DNA from: Chryseolinea sp. | GTDB lineage: Bacteria > Bacteroidota > Bacteroidia > Cytophagales > Cyclobacteriaceae | Assembly: GCA_041742155.1 (NCBI GenBank) | Contig: JBGSJE010000016.1 | Location: 248,293 to 312,292 of the forward strand | Direction of reading: 5' to 3' | DNA length: 64,000 nt | Shown: positions 17,833-27,745 of the stretch, piece after piece | How the letters are laid out: each line of letters begins with the position of its first letter | Numbering within the stretch: position 1 is the stretch's first letter | Position numbers and translations under genes: made by a program | The notes under the pieces: generated by a model | The model's input: the letters and a program-made list of their open reading frames with translations, nothing else | Databases searched by the model: none | What the model was told of the DNA's origin: nothing

Positions 17833-19500
17833 TTACTGCGAGGAAAGGCTGTTCCTGTTATTCAACTGTATTTTGTAGATGCTGGAACTGGCTGTGATAT
17901 ACAGTGTTCGGCCATCTTCACCCCATGCCATGTTTGCTGCGTGTTCAGGAGTGCGGATCCGGCCAAGGTATTTGCCGCCCTGGTCGATGATCCAGATCCC
18001 ATCAGGTCCGGCGCAAAATACGTTGCCGTACCCGTCAACTTTAATTCCATCGAGAGCGTCGTCGCCATCCGTATAATTCATGGTGAAGAAATCCCGGCCA
18101 TTGGTCAGTCCACCGTTTTTCAATACTTCATAGCGGCGTATCACTTTTGTATTATGGATGTTGGTAATATCCCAGTTACTCACATACAGGTATTTTTCGT
18201 CAGGTGAAAATGCGATACCATTTGGCCCTTTCAGGTCCGCCGTCAGCAGCCGTACTTGTCCGTTAAAGACCCCGTACACACCGGAGAAGTTCAATTCTTT
18301 GTTCGGGTCGTCAAAAGTCTTTGGCAACCCGTAAGGCGGATCGGTAAAATACAATGCACCGTCCGAACGGTAAACGAGATCATTCGGACTATTGAGTTTT
18401 TTCCCCTGAAAGTTGTCTGCCAAAACGGTTACGGGCCCCTTCTTCTCGATTCGAACCACACGCCTTTCACCGTGTTGACAGATTGTTAACCTCCCCTCCT
18501 TGTCAAACGCCAGACCATTGGATCCGGGCTGATGATATATACCGATGTCTATCCCTGCATAGCCGCTTTTCGTTCGGTAGATTTCCACGTTGCCGTTTTC
18601 CGGTTTATACGCATAGATAACATTGGTATTTGGATCGCTGAATAACAGAAAACCTTCAGGGTGCCATGCCGGTCCTTCTGTAAACTGAAAGCCGGTTGCA
18701 AGTTTCTGCATTCTTGTTCCGGGCGCGATCACACCGTCAAGCGCAGCGTCAATCTTTATTACGTCACCCAGATTCTGCCATTCCGGATTTCGGGGTGCCG
18801 GCTTATAAAAATCCAGCGTGGCCGAGCGGACCCAAATGTAATTCTCCGGCAAATCAGAGACGGGAGCATTCATTCCGAATACAGCAAGCGTTATGCGTTG
18901 TCCCGGTTTTACATCATTTGCAATCACAACCCTGTTTCGCGCATTCCATCCCTTAACGGTACCCCCACCCGACTGACCGTACGATTTGTTCAATGTCCCG
19001 TCGACAAATACTTCCGCATAATCGTCGACTACGACTTCGAAGATTACAGTAGCTCCCGTGGTGCTGAACGTGCCGAGTTTTTCCGGTATGGTTACCGTGA
19101 TCCGGTACCAATTGAAAGACAACAGCCCGTTGCCTCTCCTGCGTTCGAGAGAAGCAGGATCCAGTCTTTCCCAATCACTGTCGTTAAAGTCCTTTGCTCC
19201 TGCTTTTGGAAAAATGTCATGCGTTTTAAGGGTAGCGCCGGTAGGATACAATACGTGTACGTCATCCGGTGAAGGACCTGGAGCACGGAAGTCACGCACC
19301 ACCAGCTCCACGTCGCGATATCGCCATTCACCTTTCACCCGCGCAACACCTTCCGTTGTTTTCAGGTCAACGACAGCATCCGGTTTTCCCAGGGCAAGTT
19401 CGACCGACTCCTGAGCGTATATGGCAGAAGATGCCAGAAAAATGAATCCGGCCACCGCCCAGATATTCCGGCTCATGTTGTATAGCAGTTCAAGACTCAT
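17833..19500 (-). CDS. Secreted SMP-30/gluconolactonase/LRE-family beta-propeller protein with about 250 aa N-terminal beta-sandwich domain
   Basis: Signal peptide present. The C-terminal half (TEGPAWHPEGFLLFSDPNTNVIYAY...NGIAFSPDEKYLYVS...) is SMP-30-like. An alternative start at 19476 is possible. Confidence 0.75.
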   Translation of the reverse strand: MSLELLYNMSRNIWAVAGFIFLASSAIYAQESVELALGKPDAVVDLKTTEGVARVKGEWRYRDVELVVRDFRAPGPSPDDVHVLYPTGATLKTHDIFPKAGAKDFNDSDWERLDPASLERRRGNGLLSFNWYRITVTIPEKLGTFSTTGATVIFEVVVDDYAEVFVDGTLNKSYGQSGGGTVKGWNARNRVVIANDVKPGQRITLAVFGMNAPVSDLPENYIWVRSATLDFYKPAPRNPEWQNLGDVIKIDAALDGVIAPGTRMQKLATGFQFTEGPAWHPEGFLLFSDPNTNVIYAYKPENGNVEIYRTKSGYAGIDIGIYHQPGSNGLAFDKEGRLTICQHGERRVVRIEKKGPVTVLADNFQGKKLNSPNDLVYRSDGALYFTDPPYGLPKTFDDPNKELNFSGVYGVFNGQVRLLTADLKGPNGIAFSPDEKYLYVSNWDITNIHNTKVIRRYEVLKNGGLTNGRDFFTMNYTDGDDALDGIKVDGYGNVFCAGPDGIWIIDQGGKYLGRIRTPEHAANMAWGEDGRTLYITASSSIYKIQLNNRNSLSSQ

Positions 19501-19970
19501 TGCTGGTCAATTTTCGCTTTCGCTCCGGCTTCGGCAATCTCAACGTCCTGTTGGGAACTCGCTGCCCCGCTCACCCCAATCGCTCCCACAATTTGACCAT
19601 TGACAACAATGGGGACCCCGCCTTCAAGCATATTATAACCCGTAGTGATCAATGCTGACCTCCCGTTCTTGATCGCGTTTTCCATATTGCGCGACGGCTG
19701 TTCAAACATCGCTGCTGTATGAGCTTTCTCATACGCCACCATAGCAGAACCCGCAAAGGTCGTTTCCGGTCGTTCGACGAGAAGCAGGTTACCGCCGCGG
19801 TCTACAACAGCAATGGACGGTCCCCCATGCGGCGCCTGGACGCTTGCAGCGTATTTTCTCGCTTCTGTTATTACTTTTTTTGCTCCGTCAAGTGTAATGG
19901 ATCTTGTATCTGTGGTCTGCGCCTTCAGGGAAGCCGTTGCCAGCACTAAGAATAGACAAGTTATTTTCAT
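19497..19970 (-). CDS. GlcG/HbpS-family (DUF336) heme-binding-like protein, secreted
   Basis: 157 aa with a signal peptide. SIAVVDRGGNLLLVERPE...GGVPIVVNGQIVGAIGVSGA is characteristic of the family. 4-nt ATGA overlap with the next gene. Confidence 0.8.
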   Translation of the reverse strand: MKITCLFLVLATASLKAQTTDTRSITLDGAKKVITEARKYAASVQAPHGGPSIAVVDRGGNLLLVERPETTFAGSAMVAYEKAHTAAMFEQPSRNMENAIKNGRSALITTGYNMLEGGVPIVVNGQIVGAIGVSGAASSQQDVEIAEAGAKAKIDQQ

Positions 19971-20012
19971 AGTTATAATTTTAAGATTTCGTGCACCTGT
20001 AGTTCTTTCATG

Positions 20013-20918
20013 TTATCTGGCCGGTTTGTCAAACCTCACCGTATGCCCGGCCCTCTTGCGCTCAATGTCCGGCCACTCCGAATCCGCCCTGGCGATATTC
20101 CCCGGAACGTCCTTGGTAAAAAGGTAATATGCTTCTTTCGTATGCTGCAGCATCAGCCTTCCATTCTCGATAGAGAATATTTCAGGATCAACGGGCCTTA
20201 GTTTGCCCAGGCTCATGGCATATGCGCAAAAGCCTCCATACTGGGGAAGATATTGCCTCGGATTGTTTCGGAATAGTGCGCGGTGCTCCGCCGATATGAA
20301 CAGATACTTCGCGCCGTGGAACCACTCCGCAAATCTTGCGTCACCCTTCACAGCCTTCATATCGGTATGATAAGCAACTACATCATAACCCTGATTAGCC
20401 AGGCCTTCGCCGTCGATATTAATTAAAAAGTGTTCAACACCTTTGAGAGGGATTTGTTTCCCGCCATTCTTTACAACGGCCGGCCAGTTCCGGTCTGCGT
20501 CGGCGAGTAGCCCTAGGGAATTTTTATTCCACAGGTCCGCCGCTTTTTGGTTGTGCTGACAAATCAGCCGGTCAATTCCGTGCTCATCCTGCTGTACCTT
20601 GCAGAATTTCGGGTCAATCGGCGAAACATGGCCTTGTGACACCGCGTAGGCGCAAAAGCCTCCAAACTGGACCTCATACTTCTTTGGATCCGAATCGAAT
20701 CGTTGTTTGTTCGCCAACGATACAAAGTAATAGATGGATCCCTTGTAAGTTGTTTGAAAGTCCGGAGACCCTGCTACGGCTTCGGGGCCGGTGAAATAAG
20801 CAACCGGATCATAACCATCGATCACGACACCTTTGTCGTCGAGGTTGAGTAAAGGGGACTGCCCAAACAGAGAGCCCGTCACAATAAAAACTGACAATAC
20901 AATCATGTAGCAACGCAT
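20013..20918 (-). CDS. Secreted tandem YHS-domain protein
   Basis: Two repeats of the pattern GYDPVAYF...YYF.S..N...F...P..Y.PQ(F)GGFCAYA. Signal peptide present. Confidence 0.7.
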   Translation of the reverse strand: MRCYMIVLSVFIVTGSLFGQSPLLNLDDKGVVIDGYDPVAYFTGPEAVAGSPDFQTTYKGSIYYFVSLANKQRFDSDPKKYEVQFGGFCAYAVSQGHVSPIDPKFCKVQQDEHGIDRLICQHNQKAADLWNKNSLGLLADADRNWPAVVKNGGKQIPLKGVEHFLINIDGEGLANQGYDVVAYHTDMKAVKGDARFAEWFHGAKYLFISAEHRALFRNNPRQYLPQYGGFCAYAMSLGKLRPVDPEIFSIENGRLMLQHTKEAYYLFTKDVPGNIARADSEWPDIERKRAGHTVRFDKPAR

Positions 20919-21126
20919 ATGTGTTTCTTTAATTATTCAAAGAAACGGTCACAGGCATTCACAGTTTGTCATGAATATTGCGGGCATTAAAACTTGATCA
21001 AAAAAATCCCGGGCGCATGCGCCACTTAAGATTAATCAAACGCATAACGAGAACTACCAACCCGCAAGAATGTTGCGCCGGATAACTTCATGCGGCCATC
21101 CGTTAGTAACCCATACGCGGTGGTCA

Positions 21127-23562
21127 CTATTCGCTTCGAAGGGATTTTATGGGATTAGCGTTAGCTGCGCGAAGGGCCTGATAGGCGATCGTGAGTGATA
21201 CCACGATCAGCACCAGCGCAAGACTGGCCACATAGCTCAGGCTATTGATGTCGGTATGGTAGATGAAGTTCGATAACCATTGATCCATCAGGTAATAGGA
21301 AACGGGAACCGCTAAAATAAAACCGATAACGATCAGAAGAGCAAAATCGCGGTAGATCAATCCAAGGATACTCCTGACATTTGCTCCCAGCACTTTTCGC
21401 ACACCAATTTCCTTTACCTTACGCTGAACCGTAAAAAGTACAAGCCCATACACACCCAGGCAGGAAATGAGGACCGCAATGCCGGTAAATGTTTGAATGA
21501 TTACGCCGAAATTCTTATAGGCAGCGTACTGTTGACTCAACTGTTCATCCAGAAATGAATACTCGAACGCCTTTTCGGGAAATATCCTGTTCCACTCCCC
21601 TTCAAGCTTCTCCAAAACCGCATCGATATTCGTGTTCTCGAACCTGACCGATAACATACTGAACAAATTGGGATCAAGTTCCAGCACAAGAGCGGACATC
21701 GGGGTGGCCAGCGAAGCAAAATTAAAATCCTTTACCACACCTACGACCTTACCTTTTTTTCCTTCCCTGTCAATCAATTTACCAATCGCGTTATGCGGAG
21801 ATTGCCACTTGAACTCCTGCACAGCGGTTTCATTTACGATGTATGCTTCGGCTTCATCCGTACCATAGTCACGGTCGAAGCTTCTGCCCGCCACCAGTTC
21901 CATTCCGTACGATTTGAGAAAATCATAGTCGACAGACATGTTGGCAATAAACATGTTATCCTCCTGGGTAAATCCATCGGGAATTGTTCCCCGGAAAGTG
22001 ACTCCGAGGCCCGGTGCGCCGGAAGATAACGTTGTCTGCATTACCCCGCTTTGAGCCTCGATGTTGGTTCGGAAGGTCTGCAGACGCGAACGGAAAGTTG
22101 AATCCCGTTGAGCAAAAAAACCATTAAAATTCTGGCTGAATAACGGGACGTTTATAACCTGGTCTTTGTGAAACCCCAGCGGGCGATCTTCCAGAAAATC
22201 AAGTTGACGTATAATTAATATTGAGCCCGATAGCAACATACAGGCGATACTGAGTTGAAAGACAACAAGCGTCTTCCGTAAAAATTCGTCGCTGTAACCC
22301 GACATACCATTACCCTTTAACGCGCTGACGGATTCAAACCGCGTAATAAAATACGAAGGATAGCCGCCCGCCAACGCGGTAATGATCAATAACAACAAAA
22401 GGGACCCGGTCACTAACTTAAGATCTACGGCACCGGCGAAGGTGAGGTGTTTGTCGGTTAACAGGTTCAGCAGCGGCAACGTAAAATAAAATACAACAAA
22501 CGCCATGGCGATGGAAGCCAGGCAGAATAAAAAACTTTCGGCCAGGAATTGTGCTATGAGGTGAAAGCGCATCGATCCGAGAATTTTCCGGATACCGATT
22601 TCCTTGATCCTGGTAAACGACTGAGCCGTACTCAAATTAATGTAGTTGATACAGGCAATGATGAGTGTTAAAATTCCCACTCCGATAAAAATATAGAGGT
22701 TCGTCCAGGTGTTGGTCGCAGACGGCTCCATCAGCAACGTGCTTCCCAGGTGAATTTCGGTTAATGGCATCAGAGTAAATACTTGCCCTACCAGGAACCT
22801 GGGCTGGGCATATTTCTTTATCAGTCCGTCCATTCCCTTATTGATGGTCTGCGGATCCGCTCCCGGTTTCAGAAGCACATAGGTATAGGAATGGCTGATG
22901 ATAAAATTGATCGCAAGATTGGCTTTGAGTATTTCAGACGTCTGATCACTTTCCATATCGAACATGTTGTCGTAGGGAACAAGCATGTTAAAACGGATGT
23001 GCGACTGCTCGGGGAAACTTTTCACAACACCCGTGACCCTGAACTGTTCTTTACCCCCGAAAGTGAGGGTCTTGCCGAGGGGGTCCTCCTTCCCAAAATA
23101 TTTTTCAGCCATTTCTTCACTAATGACTACGGTAAACTTTTCGCGAAGCAGGAATTCAGGGTTGCCCCTGACAAAATCGAAGGTGAACATTTTTGAAAGG
23201 GCCGAGTCCGCGAATAAGACGTCGGTCTCTTCAAAAGCCTCGGGGCTATCCGGGCGGGTGATACTGACATTGCGTATGTAAATGCGGGCCGACTCTTCGA
23301 CCTCGGGAAAATACTCTTTGAGAACCGGACTGATCGGTGGTGGACTACCGGCAAGCTCCAGTCCGTTAGGAGCCACATAACGGATGCGGTAAAGGCGATT
23401 GGCTTTGTCATGGAAGCGATCATACCCAATTTCGCTCCGTACATAGGTGATGATGAGCAATGCGAGCGAAAGTCCGCAAGTGAGGCCGATAAAATTGATC
23501 GTGGAGTATGCCCGGTATTTTACGATGTTACGATAAGCCGTTTTGAAAAAGTTCTTCAGCAT
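21127..23562 (-). CDS. FtsX/MacB-type ABC transporter permease (no adjacent ATPase)
   Basis: 811 aa. An N-terminal TM, a MacB-like periplasmic domain and a 4-TM FtsX module are duplicated. This matches the large Bacteroidota paralog family. Confidence 0.8.
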   Translation of the reverse strand: MLKNFFKTAYRNIVKYRAYSTINFIGLTCGLSLALLIITYVRSEIGYDRFHDKANRLYRIRYVAPNGLELAGSPPPISPVLKEYFPEVEESARIYIRNVSITRPDSPEAFEETDVLFADSALSKMFTFDFVRGNPEFLLREKFTVVISEEMAEKYFGKEDPLGKTLTFGGKEQFRVTGVVKSFPEQSHIRFNMLVPYDNMFDMESDQTSEILKANLAINFIISHSYTYVLLKPGADPQTINKGMDGLIKKYAQPRFLVGQVFTLMPLTEIHLGSTLLMEPSATNTWTNLYIFIGVGILTLIIACINYINLSTAQSFTRIKEIGIRKILGSMRFHLIAQFLAESFLFCLASIAMAFVVFYFTLPLLNLLTDKHLTFAGAVDLKLVTGSLLLLLIITALAGGYPSYFITRFESVSALKGNGMSGYSDEFLRKTLVVFQLSIACMLLSGSILIIRQLDFLEDRPLGFHKDQVINVPLFSQNFNGFFAQRDSTFRSRLQTFRTNIEAQSGVMQTTLSSGAPGLGVTFRGTIPDGFTQEDNMFIANMSVDYDFLKSYGMELVAGRSFDRDYGTDEAEAYIVNETAVQEFKWQSPHNAIGKLIDREGKKGKVVGVVKDFNFASLATPMSALVLELDPNLFSMLSVRFENTNIDAVLEKLEGEWNRIFPEKAFEYSFLDEQLSQQYAAYKNFGVIIQTFTGIAVLISCLGVYGLVLFTVQRKVKEIGVRKVLGANVRSILGLIYRDFALLIVIGFILAVPVSYYLMDQWLSNFIYHTDINSLSYVASLALVLIVVSLTIAYQALRAANANPIKSLRSE

Positions 23563-23591
23563 ACATGTCGAATTTAGTCACCCAATATGTG

Positions 23592-24614
23592 TTACTTCTC
23601 AAATATCCCAACCACGTGCCCGTCAGGATCGCGTACGTAAAAGCCTCTGCGGTAGTTGTCGTTATTTGACGGAAGAACGATTACACCATCCGAAATAATG
23701 GTATTACCTCCCTCCTTCAGTTTTTCAAATAGTCCCGTGGCATCCGGTGTGATCACGATGGTTTCCCAGTGTATAAGATCATCCGGTCTCGCATTCACCG
23801 GATAAGGTTTCCCATCTGCCGGAGCAAGGTAGTCCAGAAACTCGACACCCGGACCATTCCTTGTTTTGTTGCCGGAGATACGGAGCCGTGCACCCGACAC
23901 GTTATTCAGATGTTCCTGCTCATTACCAAAATTATAACTTTCCCCCTGAAATTTCATACCCAAAAGATTATTATAAAATTTCCTGCTTGCGGATGTACGG
24001 GAGACCGCAATAGCTGTATGATCAATGCCGAGAAACAGGCGATTATCGTGTTGCTGCCACTTTGGATTCCCCTTTCCCTGCGGAAAGTGAATCAATTCAA
24101 GCGTATGGCCATCGGGATCCTGGAAGTAGAACGCTTTGATACCCTCCGCCGCCGGAATAGTTTTTGGCAATGTTTGCGGTCGTGTAGACACATGTGTTAT
24201 GTTATGTGTTCGTAACCTGTCATATGCGGCGTCCATATCGCTTACCACGATAGCTATATGTTGAAACCACAAGTCATTGCTCCTGGAATCCTGGGGAACC
24301 GGACGGCCTCCGGCGGTCAGGTAGTCTGTAAGCACTATATATTCGTCGCCCAGTCTCAGTTTAACCTTTCGCAGGTGAATACCAAAAAGGCCTTTTAGCT
24401 TTTCATAAACTTCCCCGTCCGCATACTCGTCAGCAACCTTTTCAAATAGTAGTACGTCGGTATAAAAACGAAGGGCCTCGTCCATGTTCTGCACAGTGAT
24501 CCCGATCGCTTCTACCCGGTCGACGGATTGAGACACTGAGTGTCGGGTAGTTATTACAACCAGGCAAAATACCAATACGTAAATCCGGCTTTGACCCACG
24601 ATACGATTCATCAT
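23592..24614 (-). CDS. VOC (glyoxalase/bleomycin-resistance/dioxygenase) superfamily protein, multi-domain, with signal peptide
   Basis: Repeated beta-alpha-beta-beta-beta modules (HIAIVVSDMDAAYDRL, IDHTAIAVSRTSASRKFY, FYFQDPDGHTLEL, FYVRDPDGHVVG). Confidence 0.8.
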   Translation of the reverse strand: MMNRIVGQSRIYVLVFCLVVITTRHSVSQSVDRVEAIGITVQNMDEALRFYTDVLLFEKVADEYADGEVYEKLKGLFGIHLRKVKLRLGDEYIVLTDYLTAGGRPVPQDSRSNDLWFQHIAIVVSDMDAAYDRLRTHNITHVSTRPQTLPKTIPAAEGIKAFYFQDPDGHTLELIHFPQGKGNPKWQQHDNRLFLGIDHTAIAVSRTSASRKFYNNLLGMKFQGESYNFGNEQEHLNNVSGARLRISGNKTRNGPGVEFLDYLAPADGKPYPVNARPDDLIHWETIVITPDATGLFEKLKEGGNTIISDGVIVLPSNNDNYRRGFYVRDPDGHVVGIFEK

Positions 24615-24626
24615 ATTAAGATCTGT

Positions 24627-24977
24627 TTATAGATCAGGCGTTCCTGTTGGAAACGTATGATCCCGTTTTAATTCACGTTCAAGAAAATAGTTTAGCAAGG
24701 TTCGAAGGGTGGCGATCGCTGTGAGTTTTCCAATATCTTCCCAGGTTGGCGCGATCGCCGTTCTCACGACATCGGCGGCTAATAAGAACTCAAGAGACAA
24801 GGCCAGCGACTTTCCCAGTCTTATCCGTATATCCCATTCGTTTGTTTTCCGTGCAATCGTATTGGCGACGTAACGAATCGACGCGAGGACGATTCCATGT
24901 CCCACAACCAGTGTGCCAATACCCTCGATAATACTCCCCAGGGCTACCGTTACGGTTTTAACGATTTCTTCCATCAC
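24627..24977 (-). CDS. DUF1622-like small membrane protein
   Basis: 116 aa. IRIRLGKSLALSLEFLLAADVVRT matches the pattern I associate with DUF1622. Confidence 0.6.
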   Translation of the reverse strand: MMEEIVKTVTVALGSIIEGIGTLVVGHGIVLASIRYVANTIARKTNEWDIRIRLGKSLALSLEFLLAADVVRTAIAPTWEDIGKLTAIATLRTLLNYFLERELKRDHTFPTGTPDL

Positions 24978-25117
24978 GTTACATCATTTGTGGCAATCGT
25001 TGTAATGTCAATACCGGACGGCAGCAACTCGTTTTTCGTTCAACGGGTATCCGGATCGGGTTACGTTGTGCTTCCGCATGTGCTGCGGCAAAAAAAAATA
25101 CAGGAAACCCAAATGCG

Positions 25118-26662
25118 TCATTTTTCCATGACCTGTTTAATATGATCGCCGACCCGCAATGCATTCGCCGCGATCGTTAACGAGGGGTTAAAGGCACCAG
25201 AGGAAACAAAAAAACCGGCATCGACCGCATACAGGTTATCGACATCATGCGCCCGGCAGTTTTCATTCAGCACAGAAGTCTTCGGATCGGTGCCGAATTT
25301 TAACGTACCCATCTGGTGTGAAACGCCACTCACGCCGAGATCATATCCAACACGCGTTGCATTCCTGAGCAAGGGGTCTTTTTCACCGAGCTGATCGATG
25401 ATGTTATTCAATTTCAATTTTATGCGGTTGTAAGCCTCCCTGTTGTTAACGGTGTATGCTGTTTTAATCGTACCATCCCTGCGAAGCGTGACCCTGTTTT
25501 CCGGATGGGGAAGATCTTCTGCTGTGATCCACCAGTCGATCGAATGGGAAGAAAGATCCTCGAAGGTTCTTCGGGGAAAATAATCGCGCGCCAGGTCCAT
25601 CAGCGTATCCGGATCATTTTTGCCCATCAACTGGATGGCACCGATGGGATAATCGGAATCCGGGGCTCCATTGTAGAAGTCTGCAATAGCGAAAGATTTT
25701 TGAAACTGCGACGTATTGATCTTGTCGGAAATCGAAATCACACATCCGTTCTGATGAAGCATGTAATTGCGTCCGACCTGGTCTGAACTATTAGCCAATC
25801 CATTCGGGTGGCGATGGCTGGCCGAACGCAGCAGGATCGCGGCGGAGTTTACGGCGCCGGCGGCGAGAATAACAATGTTGCTTTCAAAACTCAATGCCTC
25901 ACCATTACGCGTGACCTGTACGGTAGATACCCGTCGCCCCGCCCTGTCGGTCACAAGTTTATCCACGTGAGCTCCTGTAAGAAGTTTTACATTAGGCATG
26001 GACAGCGCCTGTTTAAGAGAAGTTACCTGGGCATCCGCCTTCGCTTCCGTGGGATCGGGAAACCCATCGAAATTGCTAAGACGTACAGGAGAAGAACCCG
26101 CCTTCCCGTTTTCACCTAACCTGACACCTATTGGTAGCGGAAAAGGTTTATACCCTAACTTGCGGATGCTATCGTACAATTCCTGCATACTTGGTTCATG
26201 GACCAAAGGCGGAAACGGGTAAGGCATGTCCGTATGGGGCTCCGTTGGATCCACTCCTCTCTGACCATGAGCGCTATAAAGTTGTTCCGCCTGTGTGTAG
26301 TAAGGTTCCAGGTCTTGATAACGGATTGGCCATGCGGGTGAAACACCTCCGTAATGTCTTACGTCTTTAAAATCACTTTCGCGGAGGCGAAAGAGCGCCG
26401 CGCCGAACATTTTTGTATTTCCCCCGACAGCATAGTGTGTAAAAGGGCTGAACGGTTTATCGTCTTTATCGTACCACAACTCGGTCGTACGATACCGGCC
26501 ATCGGTAAACACCTTACGTGCGTCCCAGTTTTCCCGTTCTTTTGGAATGTAGTTCCCTCTCTCGAGGATCAGAATCTTCTTTCCCGTCGGTGCCAGCTTG
26601 TAAGCCATTGTACCACCTCCGGCGCCTGAGCCGATAATGATGATGTCAAAAATATTATCCAT
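25118..26662 (-). CDS. GMC-family FAD-dependent oxidoreductase
   Basis: N-terminal FDIIIIGSGAGGGTMAYKLA dinucleotide fold. C-terminal HQMGTLKFG...NLYAVDAGFF matches the GMC signature. Confidence 0.85.
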   Translation of the reverse strand: MDNIFDIIIIGSGAGGGTMAYKLAPTGKKILILERGNYIPKERENWDARKVFTDGRYRTTELWYDKDDKPFSPFTHYAVGGNTKMFGAALFRLRESDFKDVRHYGGVSPAWPIRYQDLEPYYTQAEQLYSAHGQRGVDPTEPHTDMPYPFPPLVHEPSMQELYDSIRKLGYKPFPLPIGVRLGENGKAGSSPVRLSNFDGFPDPTEAKADAQVTSLKQALSMPNVKLLTGAHVDKLVTDRAGRRVSTVQVTRNGEALSFESNIVILAAGAVNSAAILLRSASHRHPNGLANSSDQVGRNYMLHQNGCVISISDKINTSQFQKSFAIADFYNGAPDSDYPIGAIQLMGKNDPDTLMDLARDYFPRRTFEDLSSHSIDWWITAEDLPHPENRVTLRRDGTIKTAYTVNNREAYNRIKLKLNNIIDQLGEKDPLLRNATRVGYDLGVSGVSHQMGTLKFGTDPKTSVLNENCRAHDVDNLYAVDAGFFVSSGAFNPSLTIAANALRVGDHIKQVMEK

Positions 26663-26693
26663 GATTCAATTGTTAAAATTCCAGTTATGTTTT

Positions 26694-27494
26694 TTACAGC
26701 CTACCTGATGCAGATTGGCGATCACAATAGTCGCAATTGAAAATGCAGGTATAGCGAAGGCTATGGTGCAATTTGCAGCACATTGTTTTCCCATTGAGTT
26801 TTTTGAACAGAAACGCCGACGAAAACATCCCGATAAAAGGCGCCGTCATGTAGATCCAGAATGATTGAAAACTCCACGCCGGGATTGCCGATGCGATTGT
26901 CCTGGCAGGGTTCATACTGAATCCCGATACAGGCGCGGAAATGACAACATAGAGCATAACAAATCCTCCGGCTATTGCGCCAGTATACTTCGACAGGCGG
27001 GTGCTATTGGATGTTGTCAGGACCATGGCCATCATAAAAAACGCAATCGTAACTTCAACCAGGAATGCATATACTGGGCCGTACTCACCGGGAACAGTAA
27101 CGACGTAGTTCACCGGGCTATCAGTAAAGGGTTCCCGCAGTATCAGGGCCATCACAAAAACAACCAGTACTCCTCCCACGCATTGGAAGATGGTGTAGAA
27201 AACGGCGTCCCGCCATTCAATCTTTCCCAGAATAAAAAATGACCACGTTACGGCGGGATTCATGTGGGCCCCCGATAACTTTCCGACTGGAGAATAAATG
27301 ATTGCACTTGCTGTAATCCCCATCGCCGCTCCCATGAGGCAAAGGCGATGAAATCCATCGGGAAAAAAGTCATGGACTATGCCGTCAGGATTTTCCAATA
27401 CGGTTGCACATACCGACGCCGACATCATAAACAAGCCCAGACATACTCCTTCCATCACATAGGCATTTAAGCGTTGTTTAGTAATGTTTGTCAC
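26694..27494 (-). CDS. MIP/aquaporin-family channel with Cys/His-rich C-terminal tail
   Basis: Two NPA boxes (SGAHMNPAVT and GFSMNPART), six TMs, and the tail MCCKLHHSLRYTCIFNCDYCDRQ. Confidence 0.85.
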   Translation of the reverse strand: MTNITKQRLNAYVMEGVCLGLFMMSASVCATVLENPDGIVHDFFPDGFHRLCLMGAAMGITASAIIYSPVGKLSGAHMNPAVTWSFFILGKIEWRDAVFYTIFQCVGGVLVVFVMALILREPFTDSPVNYVVTVPGEYGPVYAFLVEVTIAFFMMAMVLTTSNSTRLSKYTGAIAGGFVMLYVVISAPVSGFSMNPARTIASAIPAWSFQSFWIYMTAPFIGMFSSAFLFKKLNGKTMCCKLHHSLRYTCIFNCDYCDRQSASGRL

Positions 27495-27696
27495 AGCGTT
27501 TTTTAGTTACACACAAGGATACGGGAGATCAAGGCCGGTGTTTGTCAGTTTCATTGCCGGTAGTCAACAAAAAGAAATAGATTTTTTAACCGTGAATGTG
27601 TGCTGCATACATTCGCACGGTTAATAAATACTCACAAGGAACGAGTACTCGTCTCTGTTTAAAAAGTGGAGGATAAGATGAATGAATTACGCTCTA

Positions 27697-27725
27697 TAAA
27701 AAATCACCGGATGGGTATCCGATGA
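27697..27725 (-). terminator. Rho-independent terminator after the debranching-enzyme gene
   Basis: Minus strand: UCAUCGGAU-ACCC-AUCCGGUGA (9-bp stem including one G-U pair) followed by U6 (27698-27703). Lies 21 nt after the stop at 27746. Confidence 0.75.
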
Positions 27726-27745
27726 CGAGCCATAAAAAACCGACC

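Noticed and set aside
21007-21023. GGCGCATGCGCC palindrome followed by T-rich sequence on the minus strand, as a terminator of the FtsX permease gene
   Set aside because: Only a 4-bp stem is possible once a loop is allowed, and the U-run is offset by 5 nt. This is too weak to call.
25074-25098. Hairpin CCGCA-tgtgc-TGCGG next to an A9 run, as a terminator for the GMC gene
   Set aside because: On the minus strand the U-run precedes the hairpin rather than following it. No plus-strand gene ends there.
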